DNA from: an uncultured virus (IMG/VR IMGVR_UViG_3300022200_000036)
Taxonomy: Duplodnaviria > Heunggongvirae > Uroviricota > Caudoviricetes
Length of the DNA stretch: 64,000 nucleotides
Virus record (IMG/VR): IMGVR_UViG_3300022200_000036
Reading direction: 5' to 3' (one strand)
This document shows positions 47,228 through 56,331 of this stretch, piece by piece. Position numbers and translations under genes: made by a program. Numbering within the stretch: the first letter of the stretch is position 1; each line of letters opens with the position of its first letter. Below the pieces are notes generated by a model that was not told where the DNA came from, ran no database searches, and saw only the letters and a program-made list of their open reading frames with translations.

Positions 47228-48007
47228 TCAGAAGAAACCGCCTTGAGCAATGATGTGAGCACCTGGCACGTAACCAGAAGCATTGGGTCCATCCGGGAAC
47301 ACGCCGACGTAAATGCGGTCTCCACGCTCCAGGTAGATGCCTTTATTGCGCAGTGGTGCCGTGGGTCCTAAACCATTGGTATTGCCTGCTTGCGCCACGG
47401 GAGAAGCCAGTTGCGGCATCAGGTCAGAGCAGTCAACAGTACCGCTGTTAGCAGGGACTGTTTTGGCAAACAGCACACGGTAATCACCTGAAGCAGGAAT
47501 CGGTACGGTTGTATTACGTGTGTGATAAAAGACGAAGGTTACCTCTGGTTGATATCCATAAGTCACACCGTTGTACAGGAAGCCGGTCGCAGTGCCCCCA
47601 GAGTATAAAAGCGCTGTATTAACGCCCGTTAGTGTAGTGCCACCAGTGTATGTGTAGTAGCCGTAACCACTGGCGGGTGCTGTGCCAACGACTCCAGTGT
47701 TTTCCACAAACACAACCTGGCCGCTTACCAAAGAAATGACATCGCCAGACGTTGTGGTATTAACGGTGTAGTCAACGCCACGGTAGAAATCATTACGTGT
47801 GATGGTGATTGAATCTACAACACCGCCACTGTTGTTATCTTCTTGTAAAGCAGCGTCCATATCCACAAGGATCGATGGAGCCTGGCCGCCCTGTACAAAG
47901 AGTGTGTTAGCAGTAGAGCTGCCAACAGTCTGAGTTGTTACTCGTACCGAATCAAATAACGGCCGATCAATAAACAACGGTTGCTTGTTGCTGCTAGTTG
48001 CCGACAA
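47228..48007 (-). CDS. Putative virion structural protein
   Basis: T/G/V-rich beta protein; TTG start. Confidence 0.7.
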   Translation of the reverse strand: MSATSSNKQPLFIDRPLFDSVRVTTQTVGSSTANTLFVQGGQAPSILVDMDAALQEDNNSGGVVDSITITRNDFYRGVDYTVNTTTSGDVISLVSGQVVFVENTGVVGTAPASGYGYYTYTGGTTLTGVNTALLYSGGTATGFLYNGVTYGYQPEVTFVFYHTRNTTVPIPASGDYRVLFAKTVPANSGTVDCSDLMPQLASPVAQAGNTNGLGPTAPLRNKGIYLERGDRIYVGVFPDGPNASGYVPGAHIIAQGGFF

Positions 48008-48049
48008 TGTTCTACTGCGCTTTTACTGATTCGTTAATTCTAACGTGTT

Positions 48050-48745
48050 TTAACCGTATGGGTTATTAAGAAGCAATTGAAAAGGATTAATAGATGCAGT
48101 GGGTGGTTGCAGGAGTTGCGACATAAGTTCTTGCTTTAATAGATCTTTTGTCGTTGGTTGTTTTTGTTGGGCACCAAGGACAGCTGACATAAAACCCTGG
48201 AACAAACCAGAGGAAGACATGTCTTGTCCCCTCGACTCACCTTGAGCTTGATCACCTGATAAGGGCTGCATACCCTGTTGGTACGTTTTTTGTAGTTCTG
48301 AATAACTCTTGACTGGTTGGCCGTAATAGCTTTTACCTTCCCTTGTAGGTAATGATGCCCACTCTGGCGCCAAGGCAGCGACAAAATCTGGTGTCAGACC
48401 TTTCTTCTGTAAGTAAGAAAGGCCACCAAGGCCCATGGTTCGTTGACGAGCAAGATCAAGAGCAGCAATATCTTGTTCAACGGGACCAAAAGATCCAAGT
48501 CCTAACTTCTTTTGTTGTTGCTGCCAGGTTGGGGTCAAGAATTGATAAGCACCCGCTGCGGTACTCCTCCCTTTCATTACCTTGTCTGGATGCCGTTTCA
48601 AGTCTGGTGCTAACGAGCCACCAAACATGACGCGATATGAATCCGGCCCACCGCGTTCTGTTCCTTCTGCAAAGCGCAGCATACGAAGCAAACCCTGTGC
48701 TTCGGGAGTCTGCCTGAACTTTTCGTAGAAGGAACGATCTGCCAT
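48050..48745 (-). CDS. Lambda-type lysozyme (GH104) with a C-terminal extension
   Basis: AEGT...Y.V.FGG....HP...STAAGAYQFL..TW...F.P..QD.AA...EWASLP...YGQP. Confidence 0.9.
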   Translation of the reverse strand: MADRSFYEKFRQTPEAQGLLRMLRFAEGTERGGPDSYRVMFGGSLAPDLKRHPDKVMKGRSTAAGAYQFLTPTWQQQQKKLGLGSFGPVEQDIAALDLARQRTMGLGGLSYLQKKGLTPDFVAALAPEWASLPTREGKSYYGQPVKSYSELQKTYQQGMQPLSGDQAQGESRGQDMSSSGLFQGFMSAVLGAQQKQPTTKDLLKQELMSQLLQPPTASINPFQLLLNNPYG

Positions 48746-48749
48746 GGGT

Positions 48750-48866
48750 TTATGCTCCTACCCAATTTGAATTTGCCTTGAGCCTAGGAGGAAAGATTGC
48801 TTGTACTGCTGCAACCAGAGTGATAATAGCTGCTAGGCGTTTAACAAAATTGGGACAAAGGATCAT
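48750..48866 (-). CDS. 38-aa signal-peptide-like ORF upstream of the lysozyme; not in the ORF track
   Basis: MILCPNFVKRLAAIITLVAAVQAIFPPRLKANSNWVGA. Confidence 0.45.
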   Translation of the reverse strand: MILCPNFVKRLAAIITLVAAVQAIFPPRLKANSNWVGA

Positions 48867-48952
48867 GGTTCTAAAGCAACAACACTGGCCTCCATGAATC
48901 AAAGATTCGTATCCAGTTGGTTGGACTTACGCGCTATGCGCCGCCAAGGATA

Positions 48953-49846
48953 TTATTTCTGTGCTTGGTTAAGAAGAGCCTGAAATTTCTTTTCCATCTC
49001 TGGATCAATCTGCAGACCTTGTTGGCCGTAGGTGGAAGTTGCACCAAAGGAACTGATACCTGGAAGCCCTTGAGGTGCGTTAACACCTGGTGGAGGAGTC
49101 ATCAGCATTTGCTGCGGAAGCTGATAACCGTAACCCTGAGAGGCAGCCTGGCCAGCTAACGACCCTTGGATGGCATCGTACCCAGATTGACCAGGGCGTA
49201 CTTTGGCGGCAAGTTGTGGGTTGGCTTTCGCCCACATTTGCATACCGATGTCTTCTGCAGACTGAACTTGTTCTGGTGTAGCGCCAGGTGCAGCTGCAAT
49301 TTTCCGTGCAGCTTCGTAACGTTGAAGTTCAGGATCTTGTGCTGTAATTTGTGCTACCCGTGATTTTTCGGCTTCATAGGCACGATCTGCGGCTGCTTGC
49401 TGACCAGGGAAGCCAGCACCTGGCCGAAAGCTTTCAGCTGCTTGACCAGCGGCAAGTTCTTTCTCCTTGTAACCAGGGCCGTAATTACGCTGGTCACCAA
49501 ATGGTTTGGTGCCCCCAAAAGAAGCATTTGTGTACGGAACATTACCTTGCGATAGCTGTCCTGCCGCGTAACGCATTTCATTACCTAAGTAAGGCAATGA
49601 ACCACGACCGAGTTGTCCCCCCATGTACTGGAGCTCGTTTACAAGAGATCGTCCCAGGTTGCGCCCAGTATCGTTCCGTGGATCAGGGATAATCCCAGGG
49701 AGATTCTGAACCCCTCTATCTAAGGCCGAACCAGATCTTCCCTGCATAAAAAGCTGTGGCCCCAGAAAAACACCGGCGCCCTGCACAACATTGCGGCCCA
49801 AGCCAAGTAAACCACGAAGTTCCCGTGCACCTGCAAAACTAGGCAT
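48953..49846 (-). CDS. G/Q/A-rich putative internal virion protein
   Basis: 297-aa ORF with GGAGG SD; internal NE..Y..GQL..G..PY repeat. Confidence 0.7.
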   Translation of the reverse strand: MPSFAGARELRGLLGLGRNVVQGAGVFLGPQLFMQGRSGSALDRGVQNLPGIIPDPRNDTGRNLGRSLVNELQYMGGQLGRGSLPYLGNEMRYAAGQLSQGNVPYTNASFGGTKPFGDQRNYGPGYKEKELAAGQAAESFRPGAGFPGQQAAADRAYEAEKSRVAQITAQDPELQRYEAARKIAAAPGATPEQVQSAEDIGMQMWAKANPQLAAKVRPGQSGYDAIQGSLAGQAASQGYGYQLPQQMLMTPPPGVNAPQGLPGISSFGATSTYGQQGLQIDPEMEKKFQALLNQAQK

Positions 49847-49848
49847 AA

Positions 49849-50310
49849 CTACCTCCAATTAAGGTTTAGATAAATGCGCGATCCCACAGCCGTATCGGCA
49901 GGACCTGGAAGACTCTGGATGAACTCAGCGCCAGAGCGTTCGTAACGATATCTGGCCTGGAACGGATCCTTGTAGTTTGGTACGTAAAGGATACCGGCTA
50001 AACGGTTGGTTTCGTAGAGATAAATCTCGTCCCAAACCTTGAGTGCCTCTTTGGCATTACTGGAGCGAATCGTACGATCAACGTCACCAGCAATACTTTC
50101 AAGGCGAGTAGAAGGTGAAGTGGCAACCTCAGTCTTCTTTTCGGCGGTGTCGCAGCGGCCGATTTGAATAACGATCTTATCGTAAAAGTACGAATCAGGG
50201 ACCGTGTTCATAGCTTCTTCAAGCCGCGCGAAGTCACCCGCCGGCACAGAAACCGTGAAGTAGCCCAAATGATAACGGACTCTACTCTTATCGAAGTCGC
50301 TGAGTTGCAC
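49849..50310 (-). CDS. Conserved structural protein (head-tail connector candidate)
   Basis: 153-aa ORF in the morphogenesis module. Confidence 0.6.
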   Translation of the reverse strand: MQLSDFDKSRVRYHLGYFTVSVPAGDFARLEEAMNTVPDSYFYDKIVIQIGRCDTAEKKTEVATSPSTRLESIAGDVDRTIRSSNAKEALKVWDEIYLYETNRLAGILYVPNYKDPFQARYRYERSGAEFIQSLPGPADTAVGSRIYLNLNWR

Positions 50311-50349
50311 AACCTACTTCCGTATGTTTCTCATTATAAATGTACTGAA

Positions 50350-51027
50350 CTAACCAAGATATGGATTGGGTAGGCTCCTTAATAGATCCAGGGGATTTTG
50401 CTGAGTTGGTGGTTGTAATAGCTGGCCAATTAAATTGCGCTTCATTGAAGTAGCTGCGTTTTCTTTTTGTTTGCCTGTAAAACCAGTGCCAAGCAAATAA
50501 CCCATCAAGAACTCCTTGGGGTCAATGCCAGCACCAGAAGCAGTTGCTGTACCCTCTCCAAAGCTTTTTCCACGTGTTGTTGATGAATCTGGTAATTCAC
50601 TTAGATGAAATGTTTGCAACTCATATGGACCAGTGCGCAAGCTAGAAACATTGCCTGCGCCACCACGATTGGCATGGGTAGCAACAGAACCTTGCCCCAA
50701 GAAACGTAACTGAGTTCCCTCGGGTAAACCATAGTCCTCTCCGCCATGCATCCTTCGGTCACCATGGACTGGATGCACGCGCATCCCCATAGGACTCGTA
50801 AGTGTTGCTGCTGGATTTAAAACAAAATCGTCAGCTTGCTTTGAGTATAAAGCTTGCCAGTCTTCACTGCCAGGGAGTCGGAATTGAAGATATTGTCCAA
50901 TATCAGTACGTGCCTTGGAAAGAGGAAAACGCTTTCCATCCTTCAATACTTCCCAATGCGCATGTGGGGCTGTGGAGGTACCAGTGGAACCAACACGTCC
51001 TAAATATAGTGCAGGTCCTATAGCCAT
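50350..51027 (-). CDS. M23 peptidase-like protein, circularly permuted
   Basis: N-terminal GRVGSTGTSTAPHAHWEV precedes TSPMG.R.HP......HGGED...GGAGN...FHL. Confidence 0.8.
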   Translation of the reverse strand: MAIGPALYLGRVGSTGTSTAPHAHWEVLKDGKRFPLSKARTDIGQYLQFRLPGSEDWQALYSKQADDFVLNPAATLTSPMGMRVHPVHGDRRMHGGEDYGLPEGTQLRFLGQGSVATHANRGGAGNVSSLRTGPYELQTFHLSELPDSSTTRGKSFGEGTATASGAGIDPKEFLMGYLLGTGFTGKQKENAATSMKRNLIGQLLQPPTQQNPLDLLRSLPNPYLG

Positions 51028-51053
51028 ATCTTTTTCTTTTTATTGTAAGACTG

Positions 51054-51078
51054 AAAAACCCCCGGTTTCCCAGGGGCT
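51054..51078 (-). terminator. Intrinsic terminator of the capsid operon
   Basis: GCCCCTGG-GAAA-CCGGGGGT followed by TTTT on the minus strand. Confidence 0.75.
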
Positions 51079-51098
51079 TGGTAAGGAGAAGAGTGTAA

Positions 51099-51527
51099 TC
51101 AAACCCTGATTAAATCAGCAGCAATCACGGCGTCCCAGTCAACCCTACGGATCTGTCGCAGTTGTTCGAGATTGTTGAACCTTTCACCCGATAAGGACAT
51201 CTGAAGATCTTTAATCTCTCGGGCTGTTTTCAATCCAATACCCTTGATATGATCAGCGATCATTTGCGGGGTAGCTGAATTGATATTTAAACGGTTGTCC
51301 GGGGGAAAAGTACGTGGTTCTTCCTTTGCAGCTTTATCTTTTACCTGAAGCGTTTTTACCGTTTTGGTGGCGGCTTCATCAGGCGTAAGCTCAGTCTTGT
51401 ATGCGGTATAAAGGCGACCGTCCTGATCTTCGACCATGAACCAATCACCGTTATCCCATTCACTTACAATCTTGACTCTTGCGCCTGTTTTTTTGTGCTG
51501 ATAAAGCATTGCTGCAGTGGTTGTCAT
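51099..51527 (-). CDS. Helix-hairpin-helix DNA-binding protein
   Basis: LNINSAT...I...IKGIG.KTA..I...F..LEQL..I. Confidence 0.75.
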   Translation of the reverse strand: MTTTAAMLYQHKKTGARVKIVSEWDNGDWFMVEDQDGRLYTAYKTELTPDEAATKTVKTLQVKDKAAKEEPRTFPPDNRLNINSATPQMIADHIKGIGLKTAREIKDLQMSLSGERFNNLEQLRQIRRVDWDAVIAADLIRV

Positions 51528-51562
51528 AAGACCAGAATTACACTGGTCTTAGTTTAACCTAA

Positions 51563-52354
51563 TCAGCTGACAGTGCGGCCAAGCAGGTAGCCATCAATGT
51601 CTTCGTAGCCAGCGGCTTCATCAGGCTGGAGGTAGCACACCTCAACCACGATGTAACCAGTACGACCACCAGAGGCATCACCACTGGAAATATACCAACC
51701 ACCCGAGGTGGAAGTAGCGGTCTGCGACTCACGAGCTTGGACGGTGTACGTGGTAGCAGAGGTGATCTGCTTGTACACATTGGCCACACCCACGCCAGCA
51801 GCACCGGTAGCGGTCAGGAAAGGCTGAGCGCTATAGGCTGCAGTACCAGCAGCGAAGAAGATTTCACCAGGCTGAGAACCAGAGGTGGTGGAGGTGAGGT
51901 TAGCTTGTGCCACGGCTTCACCAGCGGTGCCGGTAGAAGTCAGACCAGGACCAAAGGTGATCACGTTGCCAGTTGCGGCATACACACCAGAAGCAACACG
52001 ACCATCACCCCAGCCGGAAGCAACGGATGCAGTGGCGCGATACACATAAGCAGGGGTGGTGCTGCTACCAGAGATCACCATGCCGGTGATGTCGGGGCGG
52101 GTATCATCATTCCGATAAGGGGAAGGAACGATCACACTGCCAGAAGCAACGGCGCCAACACCGGAAGTAGCGGTGACAGGCACATAACCACGCTGCTGGA
52201 AGTAGCGATAACCAGGGATCGCCAGAACAGAAGTGGGGCCGCCGTTAGAGGCGTTGTTGGAACCAGAATCGTTGGTGTCAACGTTACGGTACCAACCGTT
52301 GAGGGGCTCTGCCCAGTTACCTGGGTAGATCTTTTTAGCGGACAAATAGGACAT
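51563..52354 (-). CDS. Structural protein directly after the capsid gene (minor capsid/decoration candidate)
   Basis: G/T/S/A-rich with highly biased codon usage. Confidence 0.75.
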   Translation of the reverse strand: MSYLSAKKIYPGNWAEPLNGWYRNVDTNDSGSNNASNGGPTSVLAIPGYRYFQQRGYVPVTATSGVGAVASGSVIVPSPYRNDDTRPDITGMVISGSSTTPAYVYRATASVASGWGDGRVASGVYAATGNVITFGPGLTSTGTAGEAVAQANLTSTTSGSQPGEIFFAAGTAAYSAQPFLTATGAAGVGVANVYKQITSATTYTVQARESQTATSTSGGWYISSGDASGGRTGYIVVEVCYLQPDEAAGYEDIDGYLLGRTVS

Positions 52355-52387
52355 TTATTTTTTCCTGTTATGTAGGTTTATCAGTTA

Positions 52388-53459
52388 TCAAACAGTGCCG
52401 TCGTCTTGAACGAAGCTGTAAGCAGTGGTCACAAAGTCCTTGTTCAGGATCTCGAAACCAGCGTACAGTTGCCAGATCAGGATGATGAAGCGGCTGAAGT
52501 CATCGTTGTTGTTGATCAGCACCTGGGCGTTAGGACCACCGATACCAACACCAATCGACTGAGGACCGAAGAAGTAACCTTGGGCCACTTCCTTAGAAGC
52601 ATAGCTGGAACCATCATCAAAAGATGCGGTTACATTCTTGGTCGGGAAGTTGGTCGACTCGAAGAACTTAACACCTTCGAACTGAACACCAGTCGGCATC
52701 ACAGGCTCACCAGCCAGGAAATAGCCCTGACCAGCTTGGGGACCCATGTAGAAGCTGGCGTTGTTAGGCATCATGGGGTTACCCATGTACATGCCTTGAC
52801 CAGGATTACCAGCGTAGCGGGCAATCTCACGGAAGTCACTATCACGACGCAGGTGCATCATGAAGGTAGGATCGCAGATGCAACGATACAGACCATCAGT
52901 GAAGGTCGGAACGTTACGCTTGCGCAGATCCTTAACAATGGTCAGCAGGTCGGTCTTCACCTGGAACTGCTGCACTTCGTTGCCGTACTCACCAGTGGTG
53001 TAGGAGATACGACCTTGGGAATCCTTGGTCTTACCACCAGCAAAGTAGTAGCCACCCTGGGAGGTAGAAGCAGCACCATTAGCTTCTGCTTTGGCAAGTT
53101 CGTCGATGAACACGCGATCACGCCAGCGGCGATAGTCGTCAAGCAGCGTCAGGCTACCGATCGACTGGTGGAACATATTCAGGTTACCGGTGTCCAGCAG
53201 AAGACGCTGGGCGGTAATCAGGGTCTCGCGCGCAATCTTGAAGGTCGAAGGCTGGGTCGGATCACCCGGATCTGCAGGACCAGTATATTCCTTAAGCACC
53301 ACCAGGACTTTCTCCTTGGTGATGTTACGGCTGTTAGCGGTACCGATGGTTTGATCGGCAATACGCTCACGGCTGTCCTTAGTACCAGGGGTACCCCAGA
53401 ACTTATAGCGGTCTAACTGGACGGTTTGACCAGGCTGACGAGTGAAGTCGTGGACGACA
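52388..53459 (-). CDS. Major capsid protein, exon 2
   Basis: Begins T|GTC GTC CAC (VVHDFTRQPGQTVQLDRY); spliced CDS is 1164 nt = 387 aa; lies downstream of portal and scaffold. Confidence 0.88.
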
Positions 53460-54566
53460 CGTGCTAGCATGTTCTCCATGCAGCTCCCTAGGTTTCTCAT
53501 CCCTAGGGCACTGACTATATCTTGCTCCCAAAAATGACACTTTCTCAAGAAACAGTTGAAAACTTTGCTTCTCGTATGTCAGATGTAGATGCGTCCAAAG
53601 AATTAGGAGTCTGTATGGTCACATTCTACAAAGCTAGAAAGTTGTTTGGCATTCCCTCGTACTTCGAGGCAACCGGAAAACGTAAAACCAAAACAGGAAA
53701 AATTTACTCGTTTATGGAATACAACGACCGATATTTTCAGTCAATTGATTCTCCTGATAAGGCATACTTTTTAGGCTTGCTTGCTTCGGATGGGAACATA
53801 AGTCCTCGTTTAACAGCTGCACGTATTGCATTAAAAGCAGATGATGCAGATATCCTTGAAAAATTTAGATCTTTCTTGGGGGCAGGCGCACCTGCTTTGA
53901 AAGATAAGGTTCCAACGCTTAAAGGAATTAAAGGTAATCCCCAAAAGATTTTGGTGCTTAGCAGAAAAGTTTTAGTAAATGATTTGATGAAATTAGGTAT
54001 AACTCCTAACAAATCACATACTCTAAAAATTAACTGCGATCTCAAGGACTTTAAAAAGGACTTTATCAGGGGCGTCTGGGACGGAGATGGATCAGTAACA
54101 GAACGAAGGTTTAAAGTAACCACTGCCTCTGAATGTTTTGCCTTTCAGCTTCAAGGCTGGATAGAAGAAATAAGCGGGGTTATTCTTCCTGTTAAATCAG
54201 AAGTAACCAAAAACGATAAAAACTTGTTCCATCTTCCTGGTTACATTCGAGACGCAAATGCAATACATGCAATTTACGGAGATTCCAACCTTTATATCGA
54301 ACGTAAGTTTAAAAACTATGTTCGTTATTGGGAGCCCCGGCGCTAATGGGTTTCATAATCCGTTCTGGATTGTATACCCTAGTCGATGAACCTTCTTCTT
54401 ATTCCTAAGAAGCTTGGCTGCTGATTGCCCCATGAGCTTGATCTTTTTAACCATTCACGCTTACTGTTACCAGTTACGTTGTAGGGACCAAACCTTAAGG
54501 TGAAGGGTTTCCAGCAATTCACCGGGTGTTCACTTTTTGATTACTCAAAAAGGCGGCTGTCAATCA
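53460..54566 (-). mobile_element. Group I self-splicing intron (1107 nt) in the major capsid gene
   Basis: P1 CGGU|UG/CAGCCG with U.G at the splice site; P10 GACA/UGUC; P GAAUUGCUGGAAA; Q AAUCAGCAG; R GUUCAUCGACUA; S AAGAUAUAGUC; terminal G; removal restores EPV-VVHDF in frame. Confidence 0.93.
53534..54346 (+). CDS. LAGLIDADG homing endonuclease encoded antisense within the intron
   Basis: AYFLGLLASDGNI and FIRGVWDGDGSV motifs; N-terminal HTH-like segment; lies in the P8 loop (GCTCCCAA/TTGGGAGC). Confidence 0.9.
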   Translation: MTLSQETVENFASRMSDVDASKELGVCMVTFYKARKLFGIPSYFEATGKRKTKTGKIYSFMEYNDRYFQSIDSPDKAYFLGLLASDGNISPRLTAARIALKADDADILEKFRSFLGAGAPALKDKVPTLKGIKGNPQKILVLSRKVLVNDLMKLGITPNKSHTLKINCDLKDFKKDFIRGVWDGDGSVTERRFKVTTASECFAFQLQGWIEEISGVILPVKSEVTKNDKNLFHLPGYIRDANAIHAIYGDSNLYIERKFKNYVRYWEPRR

Positions 54567-54658
54567 ACCGGTTCCACGGCCATTTCCGCGATGTATGCGG
54601 GGTGAGGGCGGTATAGCTCTGCCCCTAAAATCTTAGGGAAATCATTGTCAATAAACAC
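54567..54658 (-). CDS. Major capsid protein, exon 1
   Basis: GGAGG SD + GTG; MFIDNDFPKILGAELYRPHPAYIAEMAVEP + GT (92 nt). Confidence 0.88.
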
Positions 54659-54755
54659 TTAGATTATCCTCCAGTGTCAGTGTTTTTATCGGGTGAAAGA
54701 TAAAGACACGTGTGTCTTATCTAACACAAATTTTAGCAGGTAGTGAACTTATGTG

Positions 54756-55328
54756 TTACACGTACTGCATAGTTGTCATACCAAGACCTCTTGGGTTTTG
54801 GGAGACATAGGGCGATTCCGGATCAATGGCACCACCTTGCTGGAAGCCTGGTACACCCATGGCGCCAATACCTGCTCCTAATGCAAGGCCGCCTGCGCCT
54901 GCGGCTGCCGCAGAGGCAGGAACTAAGCCAGCCGCAAAAGCAGGGTTAGCAGCAGAGGCAAGATTTGCAGGTAAAGCCAATAAACCTGTACGTGCAATAT
55001 TACCAACGGTTTGAGGTGAATATAAAGTAGCAGCTTGACCGCGACTCATGTATTCAGGACTGTTGACAATTCCTTGCTCAATACGTTGCCTTGCAGAACG
55101 TTTAGTTTTGCCTAAAGGTCTTTCCAAACCTTTCTCAACAAGATTGGGAAGAACGTCGGCATACTTACCTGCTAGTGCGGTCGCACCACGGAGACCGCCA
55201 TATGCACCAAGGCCACCAAGACCTGCCGCAAGTGCAGCCGAACCCGGATTTTCACCTTGAGAAAGGGCGTACCCGCCTATAGCTAAGCCAGCCGCAGCAG
55301 GTACACCGTATTTAAGAGCGCCACGCAT
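54756..55328 (-). CDS. Ala/Gly-rich hydrophobic protein
   Basis: 190 aa; contains LAGKY. Confidence 0.7.
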   Translation of the reverse strand: MRGALKYGVPAAAGLAIGGYALSQGENPGSAALAAGLGGLGAYGGLRGATALAGKYADVLPNLVEKGLERPLGKTKRSARQRIEQGIVNSPEYMSRGQAATLYSPQTVGNIARTGLLALPANLASAANPAFAAGLVPASAAAAGAGGLALGAGIGAMGVPGFQQGGAIDPESPYVSQNPRGLGMTTMQYV

Positions 55329-55332
55329 GGCA

Positions 55333-56331
55333 TTACTCCATTACAAACAGTTTGTTTGCAACGACTTGAGGTTGAGCTTGGTTCAAGATGCGCCAGGCTT
55401 GACTGGGATCCACATCCATCTGTTGCTTGAAGCTGCCCCAGAAGTTTTCAGGCTGCTGAGGAGCAGCGGCAGCAGGAGGAGCAGGGAACTGACCTAATAC
55501 CCGCTGAACAGGAGTGGTGGGATAACCGAAGGTGCCAAGTTCAGCCTCATTCTCATACACAGGATACGGACCTTCTGGACCGAAGAACTTCAGCGTGTAA
55601 TCACTGAGAACATCGGGATTGGTCAGAATCTCGTTATACGCAAGGTTCTCCTGGTGCTCGTTAACCGAAAATTCGGCATAACGATCGAGAACTTCTTGTG
55701 CTTTATGGCCCCAAGCGACGGCGCTATCCAGCATATTTTCAAGCTGGAGGGCATAGTTGTTGAGTATTGCAGGGGAGTTCCAGCCGTACGCGTCAATTAC
55801 GTTTCGACTTTCCTCGTTTAGATGCAGGTAATCGGCGATTGCGCTCTGCACTTCCATCCGCAGCTCGTTGGCTACTCCCGGAGAGGATGCCGCTAAGGAG
55901 ATTAGGGAAGAGCTGGGCGAGTAAGCCTGGTTGGGTGACCAGGTCTGCGGAGCCAATTGTTGCGTAGCTGGGTTGCTGTACAGCTGGCCGTAATTGGCTG
56001 GAGCGTACTGCGTCGTCTGTGATGGTTGACCCTGGAACGGGGATTGAACTGGACTGCTCAACAGGTTCACTACCTTGTTGAACGCCGATTCCCATGGATT
56101 GCTCGCCGCCTCCGGTTGGGATTGGGGGGCGTACTGAATAGGGGCTGATTGGTAGCTGAGGGCCGCCTGAGGCACCGCTTGGGGGTAGCTGGTACCCACC
56201 TGATATTGGACTGGACTGCCCACTGGAGCTTGGGGTGCCGGAGCTGCTGCCGGAACCACGTAATTGCTTGGAGCCACCGCCACTGGTGCTTGGCTCGTCT
56301 GTGGGATCGATTGGACGGTAGCGTCCTGCAT
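55333..56331 (-). CDS. Capsid scaffolding protein candidate
   Basis: AGGAG SD; P/Q/A-rich N-terminus, helical C-terminus; between portal and capsid. Confidence 0.7.
   Translation of the reverse strand: MQDATVQSIPQTSQAPVAVAPSNYVVPAAAPAPQAPVGSPVQYQVGTSYPQAVPQAALSYQSAPIQYAPQSQPEAASNPWESAFNKVVNLLSSPVQSPFQGQPSQTTQYAPANYGQLYSNPATQQLAPQTWSPNQAYSPSSSLISLAASSPGVANELRMEVQSAIADYLHLNEESRNVIDAYGWNSPAILNNYALQLENMLDSAVAWGHKAQEVLDRYAEFSVNEHQENLAYNEILTNPDVLSDYTLKFFGPEGPYPVYENEAELGTFGYPTTPVQRVLGQFPAPPAAAAPQQPENFWGSFKQQMDVDPSQAWRILNQAQPQVVANKLFVME

Noticed and set aside
52406..53416. 336-aa plus-strand ORF, and 51737..52375
   Set aside because: Antisense shadows of strongly codon-biased structural genes.
53460..53548. 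ORF-track N-terminus of the capsid protein (MRKCHFWEQ...)
   Set aside because: This is intron sequence (S element and P9); the true start is GTG 54658.
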